IMG/VR virus record: IMGVR_UViG_3300045988_126112
Coordinates: 96,001 to 160,000 of that record
DNA from: a virus
Length of the DNA stretch: 64,000 nt
Reading direction: 5' to 3' (one strand)
Positions within the stretch are counted from its first letter, which is position 1. Every line of letters begins with the position of its first letter. Below the pieces are notes generated by a model. The model was not told where the DNA came from. It made no database searches and saw only the letters and a list, made by a program, of their open reading frames with translations. Position numbers and translations under genes: made by a program. Shown in pieces: positions 43,511 through 51,950 of this stretch.

Positions 43511-43820
43511 ATAAGAAGGAGGACATAGGGGTGGGCGGTCGGGAAAGATTGTGAATGGGATAAATGATAGAGAAGAGTGAAGGATAAGAGTGAAGACAAG
43601 GGAACAGGAAGAAAAGACCCGACCCGAGAGGGGAGGGAGATAAGCAGTAACAAGATAGATACGATAGAAAAGAGAGATAGATAAGAGAGAAAGGGAATAG
43701 AACGTGAAAATGAAAGAAAAGAGAGATACAAGGAGTGAAAGGGAGTAATGGATCCTGGGAACTAGAGAACTTAGGAACAGGGAACTTGAAGTTAAGGAAT
43801 GGGTAGAGAAGAACAGGCTT
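43511..43820 (+). other. Non-coding polypurine (GA-rich) tract of about 310 nt
   Basis: My hand count finds about 65 pyrimidines in 310 nt on the + strand (~80% purine) in a genome otherwise rich in T. The longest + strand ATG ORF is 12 codons. It lies between divergent gene blocks. Confidence 0.9.
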
Positions 43821-43873
43821 TTATCAAATAGAAAAAATAAACATTAATATAAGTAAAAAAGGAGGTAAAGGAA

Positions 43874-44149
43874 ATGTTAGTAAACAATATAAAAGATATA
43901 GAATATAAAAAAGTATATGGAATAGTCGATGATAAAGGAATAAAAAGACTATATATACTAGCAGAAGAGAATGAATGTAATATGAAATTCTCAAGAGTAT
44001 TAGTAATACAAAATAATAATAAAAATAGATTAGCAATGGAAGATAGTAGACATAGACATGGATTAAAAATCTATACTAAAAAGAAATTAAAACAAATGGT
44101 TGAAAGTGGACAAATAGAAGAATTAGTAGAATTAAAAGTTCATGAATAA
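43874..44149 (+). CDS. Hypothetical small protein (91 aa)
   Basis: Strong SD (AAAGGAGGT, 8 nt spacing). Followed by the terminator or attenuator hairpin at 44156-44191. Confidence 0.7.
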   Translation: MLVNNIKDIEYKKVYGIVDDKGIKRLYILAEENECNMKFSRVLVIQNNNKNRLAMEDSRHRHGLKIYTKKKLKQMVESGQIEELVELKVHE

Positions 44150-44155
44150 TATTAT

Positions 44156-44191
44156 AAAGGATATAGTAAATATATCCTTTATTTTTATTTT
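44156..44191 (+). terminator. Terminator or attenuator upstream of the RNAP beta-like gene
   Basis: Stem AAAGGATATA/TATATCCTTT followed by ATTTTTATTTT. Confidence 0.7.
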
Positions 44192-44211
44192 GTCAAGGAG
44201 GTGGTATACTA

Positions 44212-47200
44212 ATGATATTATTAGATGAAGTACAAAAAATGAAATTAATAAAGAAACCATTTTATTTACCTTTAAATAAAGATAAGAAACATGGTAAAGC
44301 AGTATTATTAATGACTCCAATGTATGATAGTACTATAAGATTATTAAATAATCCATTAATAATAAAGAAACATTATGAATCATATTATTTAGAAAGAGAT
44401 ATGATGTATGTAATTAATCATGAAGGACATATAGATTATGATGCTACAGATGGATTGATTAATGAATATAATGATATTCTAGATGATATTAATGAAGCTA
44501 CATTAGCTAATCCTTATATAGGAAACTATAGTAATAATCTTAAAGAAAAGAATAAAGTAAGAAAAAGAAAGATGAGAAAATCTATTCATAAAATGAATAG
44601 AATAGGAAATTATGAAAAAAATAATGTAGGAATAGAAGGAGATAAAAAAGCTATAGGTAAAGAAGTAGTTAAAGATGATCCAGATAAGATATCAGATGAT
44701 AAATCAGTAGAAGAAATTTATGTTGGATATTCTGGAGATATGTATGTAGAAGATAATAATTCTCTTATAAGATATAATATAGGAGATAATAAGAATCTAT
44801 TATATATATTAGAAGCAGATCAAATATATAATAATCAATTAAAGAAATTATTATATAATGATAGAATGAAACAAAAAGGAGAATTGTTTGATATCTATAA
44901 TATGATTAAACAAGATGTAGATTATATCAAATATTGCTATATAGATATTAATAAATATAAAGCAAGAAATATGTTTATTGATACATTCTATTATAATGAA
45001 ATATTCTTAAATAAGAATGTATGGAAAAGAGATAAAGCTATTAATTTATACTTTGATTTAATGGATAGATTCTTAGATAATCCTAAAATAGAAAAAGATT
45101 ATGGTAGAATAGAAACAGTATTAGTACCAGTATTAGAATGGGTAAGAGAAGATGATGATTTAGATTTTACAAAGAGTATAAATTTCGTATCTATGGTATT
45201 AAGATTATTAAAGAATAAAGCTCATAATTCTTTACTTAATAAATGGAGAGGAATAAACTTTGTATTTATGACTAGTAAAGGATATTTTACTTGTGATTTA
45301 GGTTCTTTAGAAGGAAAAAGAGATAAAGCTAAATTTAGAGTATTACTTAGTAAATTAATTAATGGTGATAGTATTCAAGATGAAGGTAAAGAAGATTCAC
45401 CAGGAGCTATTAAACAAGCTATTACAGATAAAATAGAAGATGATGCTAAGATAAAACTTTATAATGCAACTGGAGATGCTGATAAAAAAGAAGCTAGTAA
45501 GAAAGAATTAGAAGAAAAGATAGATAAAGCTGCTGAATTATCATCTTCAGTAGATGGAGCATTAGATAAATTAGATGATGATGAAAGAGTTAAACAAATC
45601 TTAATGGATTTAGCTGCAGAAGAAGAAAATAAAGTTAAACTTAATGCTGCTAGAACTTCAAGAATGTTAAAAGCACAAGACAAATCAATGGAAAAAGTTA
45701 TTAATGGTAGATCAATAAGAGATATATTATCAGCTCAAAAAGAAGAAGTTGAAATACCTGAAACATCAATAAATATAGATTCAGTAAATGATGAATGGAA
45801 ACATATGACATTTATGAATTTTGAAGATGCTTATAATATAGATGAAGACATAATGGCTATTATATATTCATTCTCAGAAAAATCAGATCCAATAGCTATA
45901 TTAGATGTTGATGTACAAGACACTTCAACTTCTGAAGATAAAAAAGAAACTTATACAGTTAAAATGGAAGATGCTCAAGGTAAAAGATTTACTATTAAAT
46001 TTGATATACCTAAATTTATAGATAATAAATTCATGTTACTTAGAGGTAATGAAAAGACTATGAATGGGCAATTAACTTTAATACCAATATGTAAAACAGA
46101 TGAAGATACAGTACAAATTGTTTCAAACTATAAGAAAATATTTGTTCATCCATATGGTTCATCAGTAGGAAAATCAATGCCATCAGCAGATGTATTATAT
46201 AAATACTTAAATAAATATGATGGCAAAGATATAAAAATAGTTCCAGGTGATAATACTAAAACATGTCATAAATATGATTTACCAATAGACTATATAGATT
46301 TAGCTAAAGTATATAATACTATAGAAACTGATAAATATATCATATATTTTAATCAAGATGCTATAAGAGAAAAATATAAAGTTGATGATAAAGAAGAAGG
46401 TATTCCATTAGCAGTAGAAAAAGCTACAGGTAAAGTAAGATATTATCGTGGAGCTGCTGATACAACATGTACAAGTGCTATAATAAGTTTATTATGCCAA
46501 TCTAAAAATGGTGATAAACATAGAGAAGGAATTAATAATCAAAAGATTGCTAATAAGTATATGTATAGTAAAGCTAATATACTTAATGTAAAAATACCAT
46601 TAATAGTTATAATGGCTCATTCAGAAGGATTAGAAGAATCAATGAAAAAAGGTAATATTAATTATAGTATACAAGAAAAGAGATATAAACCAAATATGTA
46701 TGAAGATGTAATTAAATTTAAAGATGCATATATTGTTTATAGAGTAGATTATAATTCATCTTTATTAATGAATGGTCTTAAAGAATGTCCAACTGAAGAA
46801 TATTCAATTAAAGAAATGAATAATAAATCAATGTATATAGATTTCTTAGAATTATATGGTGGTAGAATATTATCAGATGGTCTAGACAACTTCTATGACT
46901 TAATGATAGATCCAATAACTAAAGAAGTTCTTGAATATTATAAACTTCCAACTGATTATTGTGAATTATTAGCTTATGCTAACTTCTTATTAGCTGATAA
47001 TAAATATGTAAAACATACAGATATGCGTTCAAGAAGATATAGAACTAATGAATTAGTTGCTGGTTATGCTTATCAAGCTCTTTCAGAATCTTACGGAGCA
47101 TACAAAACTGAACTTAAAAAACGTGGTACAGCTACAATGACAATAAAACAAACTGCTATTATAGATAAAGTAATGCTTGACCCAACTTGTGCAGATTTAT

Positions 47201-48729
47201 CATCATTAAATGATTTACAAAATGCTGAAGCTATAAATTCTGCAACATATAAAGGATTAGCTGGAATGAACTATGATAGATCTTATGATTTGGATAAACG
47301 TTCTTATGACCCATCAATGCTAAATCTTATAGGAATGGCTACAGGATTTGCTGGTAATGTTGGTTTAACAAGACAAACTACTATGGATATGAATATAGAA
47401 GGTAAAAGAGGATATGTTAAAACTATAGATGGTGATACTAGTCAATTATCAGTAACCAAATCATTCTGTCCTACTGAAGGATTAACTCCATTTGGGGCTA
47501 CAAGAGATGACCCATTTAGATCTGCGATGAACTTTATTCAAACTAGTAAACATGGTATGAGAATAAAGAATGCTATGCCATTATTAATGAGTAATGGTAC
47601 TGATATGGCATTACCATATTTAACTTCAAATACATTCTCTTTCAATGCTAAAGCTAATGGCAAAGTTATTGAAATTACTAATGATTATATGATAGTAGAA
47701 TATAAACTTACTAAAGAAGAAAAAGAAAGAGGATTACCAGAAAAAGATTTTATAGATTTAAGAAATACAATCAAGAAAAACTCTAATGGTGGATTCTATC
47801 AAGCAATAAAATTAGATACAGATTTAAAAGTAGGAAATACTTTTAAGAAGAATGAAGTAATAGCATATGATAAATTATCATATTCATCTAAAGTAGGTAA
47901 TACAGGAGATTTATCATATAATTTAGGTGCATTATGTAAAGTTGCTATGCTTACAACAGATGAAGGATTTGAAGATAGTGCCATAATATCTGAATGGTTA
48001 TCAGATGCATTAGCATCTAGAGTTGTTGTTAAAAAAGAATATGTATTACCAAAGAATACTAATATATATTACATGGCTAAAAAAGGTCAAGAGATTCAAG
48101 AAGGAGAACCTTTAATGATTTTCCAAAATGCATTTGAAGATGATGATGTAAATTTATTATTAAAGAATCTTAGTGATGATGAAGAACTTATATCAGATTT
48201 AGGTCGTGTTCCAATTCGTTCTAAAGTTACAGGAAGAATAGAAGATATAAAAGTATATCGTACTGTAGAAAAAGATGAATTATCAGAATCTTTAAGAAAA
48301 GAAGTTAATAAAATAGAAAAACCTATAAATGATATTAAGAAAGCTATGAATAATACAGATACTTATGATGCTAGTAAACTTGAACCAACATATGTACTTG
48401 AAAAAAGTGGTAAATTAAAAAATGTTGATGAAGGTGTATTAGTTGAATTCTATTTATCTTATTATGATAAGATGTCTGTTGGAGATAAACTTATATATTA
48501 TTCAGCATGTAAAGGTGTTGTAAAAGATATATTCCCAGCAGGAAAAGAACCTTATTCATTATTTAGACCTGATGAAAAGATTCATACATTAGTTCCTTAT
48601 TTTGGTGTAGCAAATCGTATAGTTTGCTCAATAGTGAATACTATACCTATGAATAAAGTATTAATAGAATTAGATAGAGCAGTTAAAGATTTATGTGATA
48701 TTCCATATAAATATTTAGATGAAGAGTAA
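44212..48729 (+). CDS. Highly divergent multisubunit RNA polymerase beta-subunit homologue with a ~590-aa N-terminal extension
   Basis: These blocks align by eye with bacterial RpoB signatures. 'KFMLLRGNEKTMNGQL' matches 'F.INGaERV..SQl'. 'FCPTEGLTPFG' matches 'ICPIETPEGPNIG'. 'TRDDPFRSAMNFIQTSKHG' matches 'HDDANRALMGANMQRQA'. 'GFEDSAIIS' matches 'NFEDSILVS'. 'GDKLIYYSACKGVV' matches 'GDKMAGRHGNKGVI'. 'LVPYFGVANRI' matches 'LNPLGVPSRMN'. Confidence 0.7.
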   Translation: MILLDEVQKMKLIKKPFYLPLNKDKKHGKAVLLMTPMYDSTIRLLNNPLIIKKHYESYYLERDMMYVINHEGHIDYDATDGLINEYNDILDDINEATLANPYIGNYSNNLKEKNKVRKRKMRKSIHKMNRIGNYEKNNVGIEGDKKAIGKEVVKDDPDKISDDKSVEEIYVGYSGDMYVEDNNSLIRYNIGDNKNLLYILEADQIYNNQLKKLLYNDRMKQKGELFDIYNMIKQDVDYIKYCYIDINKYKARNMFIDTFYYNEIFLNKNVWKRDKAINLYFDLMDRFLDNPKIEKDYGRIETVLVPVLEWVREDDDLDFTKSINFVSMVLRLLKNKAHNSLLNKWRGINFVFMTSKGYFTCDLGSLEGKRDKAKFRVLLSKLINGDSIQDEGKEDSPGAIKQAITDKIEDDAKIKLYNATGDADKKEASKKELEEKIDKAAELSSSVDGALDKLDDDERVKQILMDLAAEEENKVKLNAARTSRMLKAQDKSMEKVINGRSIRDILSAQKEEVEIPETSINIDSVNDEWKHMTFMNFEDAYNIDEDIMAIIYSFSEKSDPIAILDVDVQDTSTSEDKKETYTVKMEDAQGKRFTIKFDIPKFIDNKFMLLRGNEKTMNGQLTLIPICKTDEDTVQIVSNYKKIFVHPYGSSVGKSMPSADVLYKYLNKYDGKDIKIVPGDNTKTCHKYDLPIDYIDLAKVYNTIETDKYIIYFNQDAIREKYKVDDKEEGIPLAVEKATGKVRYYRGAADTTCTSAIISLLCQSKNGDKHREGINNQKIANKYMYSKANILNVKIPLIVIMAHSEGLEESMKKGNINYSIQEKRYKPNMYEDVIKFKDAYIVYRVDYNSSLLMNGLKECPTEEYSIKEMNNKSMYIDFLELYGGRILSDGLDNFYDLMIDPITKEVLEYYKLPTDYCELLAYANFLLADNKYVKHTDMRSRRYRTNELVAGYAYQALSESYGAYKTELKKRGTATMTIKQTAIIDKVMLDPTCADLSSLNDLQNAEAINSATYKGLAGMNYDRSYDLDKRSYDPSMLNLIGMATGFAGNVGLTRQTTMDMNIEGKRGYVKTIDGDTSQLSVTKSFCPTEGLTPFGATRDDPFRSAMNFIQTSKHGMRIKNAMPLLMSNGTDMALPYLTSNTFSFNAKANGKVIEITNDYMIVEYKLTKEEKERGLPEKDFIDLRNTIKKNSNGGFYQAIKLDTDLKVGNTFKKNEVIAYDKLSYSSKVGNTGDLSYNLGALCKVAMLTTDEGFEDSAIISEWLSDALASRVVVKKEYVLPKNTNIYYMAKKGQEIQEGEPLMIFQNAFEDDDVNLLLKNLSDDEELISDLGRVPIRSKVTGRIEDIKVYRTVEKDELSESLRKEVNKIEKPINDIKKAMNNTDTYDASKLEPTYVLEKSGKLKNVDEGVLVEFYLSYYDKMSVGDKLIYYSACKGVVKDIFPAGKEPYSLFRPDEKIHTLVPYFGVANRIVCSIVNTIPMNKVLIELDRAVKDLCDIPYKYLDEE

Positions 48730-48736
48730 CAATAAT

Positions 48737-48769
48737 ACCCAAGAGTATACTCTTGGGTATATTTTTTTA
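48737..48769 (+). terminator. Rho-independent terminator
   Basis: Perfect palindrome ACCCAAGAGTA/TACTCTTGGGT followed by ATATTTTTTT. Confidence 0.85.
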
Positions 48770-48810
48770 TTATGCTCAAAACTATGAATTAAATAAAAGG
48801 AGGTATTTTA

Positions 48811-48891
48811 ATGGAGGTAATAGAATCAATTGGCATTTGTATAGTTGTATTATGTTTTATAATATTTGCTATATTCTTATTTAAAAATTAG
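48811..48891 (+). CDS. Micro-ORF encoding a 26-aa hydrophobic peptide (not in the track)
   Basis: Translation: MEVIESIGICIVVLCFIIFAIFLFKN*. SD AAAGGAGGT is 7 nt upstream. The stop TAG is fused to the SD of the next gene (TAGGAGGA). Confidence 0.5.
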   Translation: MEVIESIGICIVVLCFIIFAIFLFKN

Positions 48892-48903
48892 GAGGAAAAG
48901 AAA

Positions 48904-49377
48904 ATGGAAGAAAATAAAAGTATATTTGAAAGATTTCAAGAGTGCGTACAAAGAGATGATTTTAGTAGTGTAAGTGATGATGAATTAACTTGGATGATTG
49001 ATTATTTTACATCTTATTCATTAGGAAAAGATAAAGATGGTGATGAATTAGCTCTTCATTCATTAAGAAGACTTAGTAAAGAATATGCTAGAAGAACAGC
49101 TATGTTATTAACTATGAGTATGGAAAATTTAGAAGAATGTTTTAAAACAGCAATAGAAAATAATTCAAAATACATTGCTGTTAAAATAGAAACTAGAGGC
49201 TCAGAAGGAGCTGAAATAATAATAAATCCTAGATGTAATTTTGAATCTAAACTTGAATATTATAAGAAAGCTTATACTGATGACTTAGTACTTAAAACTT
49301 ATGATGGAATAAGAATCATAGGATTCTGTGATAGCGATACTTTTGATTTTATAGATTTCATGCTAGGGGATGATTAA
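48904..49377 (+). CDS. Hypothetical protein
   Basis: 157-aa ORF with SD TAGGAGGA. Confidence 0.75.
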   Translation: MEENKSIFERFQECVQRDDFSSVSDDELTWMIDYFTSYSLGKDKDGDELALHSLRRLSKEYARRTAMLLTMSMENLEECFKTAIENNSKYIAVKIETRGSEGAEIIINPRCNFESKLEYYKKAYTDDLVLKTYDGIRIIGFCDSDTFDFIDFMLGDD

Positions 49378-49378
49378 T

Positions 49379-49471
49379 ATGAATAAAAGAAAGAAAACTG
49401 AAAGAAATACTTGTATAGCTTGTATAGCAATATTCACAATATTGCTATTACTTTTATTAAAATATTATTAG
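49379..49471 (+). CDS. Micro-ORF encoding a 30-aa peptide with one TM-like segment (not in the track)
   Basis: Translation: MNKRKKTERNTCIACIAIFTILLLLLLKYY*. It starts 1 nt after the upstream stop. The stop TAG is fused to the SD of the next gene (TAGGAGGA). Confidence 0.45.
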   Translation: MNKRKKTERNTCIACIAIFTILLLLLLKYY

Positions 49472-49483
49472 GAGGAATGTAAT

Positions 49484-50206
49484 ATGAATAATAATAGAGA
49501 GTATTTGAGTATGTATTTTAAAGATATTGAAAAAGTTCAAAATTATGCTATAAATAATGATGTTAAAGAAACTTTTGATAAATGTTTACTATTGTTAAGT
49601 AAATTTAAAGAAGAGTTTTGTAATTATGGTTCATTGTACGGTGCTGAATCTATCTGTGAATCATATTTTTATAGAATAGGATTTATAATCATTGAAAATG
49701 AATTGAAAGGTAAAGAAAGATATGTTATAGAAAAAGTACAAAGTTGTATCGAAAGAGTAAAATGGACTATTAATATCTTATATAAACTTGAAGAGCAAGA
49801 TAAAGATATTGATGATTATTTTGACGGTATATTAAGAACTACTTTTGATGAAGAAAATGGTACATTAAAACCACTTACTGAAAATTTAAATGGGTTATTA
49901 AAAGCATATAGAGATGAATATTCAGATAGAATAAATATAGTAAGAGAAGAGACTGATTTATATGGCTCAGTTTTAAGACGAAAAAAAATATATGACTATT
50001 ATATTGGTTTTTATCAAAATATGTTAAAGAATTATGTTCCTGGAGAATATATGAATACTGTAGCAACTAGATGTATGTATGCTGTTGAACATTTACGTGA
50101 AAATAAAGTATATGTAAATGCATTACTTGATGGAAGTTGCCCAACAATTTATAAACCATATTATGGTGATAAATTTCTTGAATGCTGTAGAGTAATAGAA
50201 ATATAG
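49484..50206 (+). CDS. Hypothetical protein
   Basis: 240-aa ORF with SD TAGGAGGA. Confidence 0.75.
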   Translation: MNNNREYLSMYFKDIEKVQNYAINNDVKETFDKCLLLLSKFKEEFCNYGSLYGAESICESYFYRIGFIIIENELKGKERYVIEKVQSCIERVKWTINILYKLEEQDKDIDDYFDGILRTTFDEENGTLKPLTENLNGLLKAYRDEYSDRINIVREETDLYGSVLRRKKIYDYYIGFYQNMLKNYVPGEYMNTVATRCMYAVEHLRENKVYVNALLDGSCPTIYKPYYGDKFLECCRVIEI

Positions 50207-50216
50207 GAGTGATAAT

Positions 50217-50561
50217 ATGTATGTGGTTAAACGTAAAGAATTAATGGAATTAATAGAGAAGCAAAATAGAATTATATATTCATGCGTCTATGGTACTTCT
50301 ATAGAAGGATTATATATTGGATTCTATTTTAATTCATCTGATTTTGGTACAGTAGATTTGATTGATAATGTTGATTGTGATTCTGTTGATGATTTATATA
50401 TGATGAAAGAAACTAAACAACATTTTAAATTTGATTTAGATTGTGCTCAAAGAGAAGGAATATATGATGATAATAAAGAATATGTGGTATATGAGAAAAA
50501 TGATATAGAATCTCTTATACATGTATTAAATAATATATTGGGTGATTATGAATTTAAATAG
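50217..50561 (+). CDS. Hypothetical protein
   Basis: 114-aa ORF with SD TAGGAGTG. Confidence 0.7.
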   Translation: MYVVKRKELMELIEKQNRIIYSCVYGTSIEGLYIGFYFNSSDFGTVDLIDNVDCDSVDDLYMMKETKQHFKFDLDCAQREGIYDDNKEYVVYEKNDIESLIHVLNNILGDYEFK

Positions 50562-50572
50562 GAGGTTGCAAT

Positions 50573-51235
50573 ATGAGAGGAAAAATTATAGACTTTGAAG
50601 GATTAGATGCAAGTTTCAAAGAAACTAATGTAAAAGCTCTACATACTTATCTTTTAGGAAATGGTATAAAAGCTAATTATGTTTCTTTTCCAAGACACAA
50701 TACAGCAGAAGGAACTTTTGTAGATAAATTTCTTCAAGGTAAATATGGGAATATAGATAGAAAGATAGTTGCAACTATGTTTGCATTAGATAGATTTGAC
50801 TATATTAAATGCGAAGATGTTGTAAAAAGAGTTGAAGAAGGTGAATGGTTCATATTTGATAGATATACACCTTCAAGTGTAATATATCAAACTGCTGAAG
50901 TTTCAAATTTAAAGAAAAGAAGAAATGAGCAAATGGATATACTTGAATATGAATATGTAAAACTTGAAATACCTGAACCTGATATTGTATTAGCTATGTA
51001 TTCTGATTATGATATGATGCTTAAAGCTATAAAAGATAGAGGTGAAGATAAAGATATATTTGAAAGTAATGCTGCTTATCTAAAGAAAGTTCATGATTGT
51101 TTTACTCAAGCTATAGAAGATTATGATTGGGTAAGAATTAATACCTATTCTGATCTTTCTGAACGTATATTTAAATCAAAGATAACTTTATTTGAAGAAA
51201 TAATTCAGACTCTTAAAGCTGAAAAGATATTATAA
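50573..51235 (+). CDS. tmk: Thymidylate kinase (type I TMPK) homologue with a non-canonical Walker A / P-loop
   Basis: It is collinear with TMPKs: 'IIDFEGLDASFKET' (compare 'IVLEGVDRAGKST'), 'VSFPRH' (compare 'RFPER') and 'FDRYTPSSVIYQ' (compare 'DRYAFSGVAF'). The GK(S/T) of Walker A is replaced by FKE. Confidence 0.65.
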   Translation: MRGKIIDFEGLDASFKETNVKALHTYLLGNGIKANYVSFPRHNTAEGTFVDKFLQGKYGNIDRKIVATMFALDRFDYIKCEDVVKRVEEGEWFIFDRYTPSSVIYQTAEVSNLKKRRNEQMDILEYEYVKLEIPEPDIVLAMYSDYDMMLKAIKDRGEDKDIFESNAAYLKKVHDCFTQAIEDYDWVRINTYSDLSERIFKSKITLFEEIIQTLKAEKIL

Positions 51236-51359
51236 AAAAATATCTTAATAACAATAAAGTATATAAATCATTAGTTTTCCTTTTTTGTAGAGAGGGAATG
51301 ACTAAGACAGTCATCGACAAAATAATAAATAATTTAAACGACCTTTCAATAGTTTCAAA

Positions 51360-51396
51360 CCCATCAAGTTGTAGAGACTTGATGGGTAATTTTTTA
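51360..51396 (+). terminator. Rho-independent terminator
   Basis: Stem CCCATCAAGT/ACTTGATGGG followed by TAATTTTTT. Confidence 0.8.
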
Positions 51397-51412
51397 TAGG
51401 AGGTATAAGGTT

Positions 51413-51895
51413 ATGGAAGATTTACATGTTAGAATTAAATATTTTGAAGGAGCTACACACTTAGAAGGAATATCAATAGGAGATTGGATTGATGTATATA
51501 GTAACGAAACAGTATATTTACATGAAGGACAATTTGCTTTAATCCCACTAGGATTTGCAATGGAATTACCAAAAGGATATGAAGCATATTTAATGCCTAG
51601 AAGTTCAACTTTTAAAAATTGGGGTGTAATACAAACTAATTCAGTTGGACTAATAGATGAAAGTTATTGTGGTGATGGTGATGAATGGAAACTGCCAGTA
51701 TATTGTTTAGAGCCTAGACATAGTATCAGAGGAAGTGAATATCCATGTACTATAATTAAAAAAGGTGATAAAATAGCACAATTTAGAATTCAAAAGAAAC
51801 AACCTAAATTAGCATTTGATGTAGTTGAAACTTTAGGTAATGAAGATAGAGGTGGATTTGGTTCTACTGGAACAACTAAATATGAAGAAAAATAG
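51413..51895 (+). CDS. dut: dUTP pyrophosphatase (trimeric dUTPase)
   Basis: dUTPase motifs present: 'LMPRSS', 'GLIDESYCG', 'GDKIAQ' and C-terminal 'RGGFGSTG'. Confidence 0.9.
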   Translation: MEDLHVRIKYFEGATHLEGISIGDWIDVYSNETVYLHEGQFALIPLGFAMELPKGYEAYLMPRSSTFKNWGVIQTNSVGLIDESYCGDGDEWKLPVYCLEPRHSIRGSEYPCTIIKKGDKIAQFRIQKKQPKLAFDVVETLGNEDRGGFGSTGTTKYEEK

Positions 51896-51911
51896 ACATA
51901 GTTATATTACT

Positions 51912-51950
51912 GGTCAAGGGTAGAAATATCCTTGACTAATTTTTATTTTT
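51912..51950 (+). terminator. Rho-independent terminator
   Basis: Stem GTCAAGG/CCTTGAC followed by TAATTTTTATTTTT. Confidence 0.7.

Noticed and set aside
43489-43731. 80-aa minus-strand ORF across the polypurine tract
   Set aside because: It is a Ser/Leu/Phe low-complexity translation of a pyrimidine-rich strand, with a non-ATG start and no SD. I treat it as a composition artefact.
43824-44320. Minus-strand ORFs 43824-44036 and 44132-44320
   Set aside because: They are antisense to + strand genes that have strong SDs. Their sequences are Leu/Ile/Phe/Tyr-rich, typical of AT-rich antisense frames, and they have no SD.
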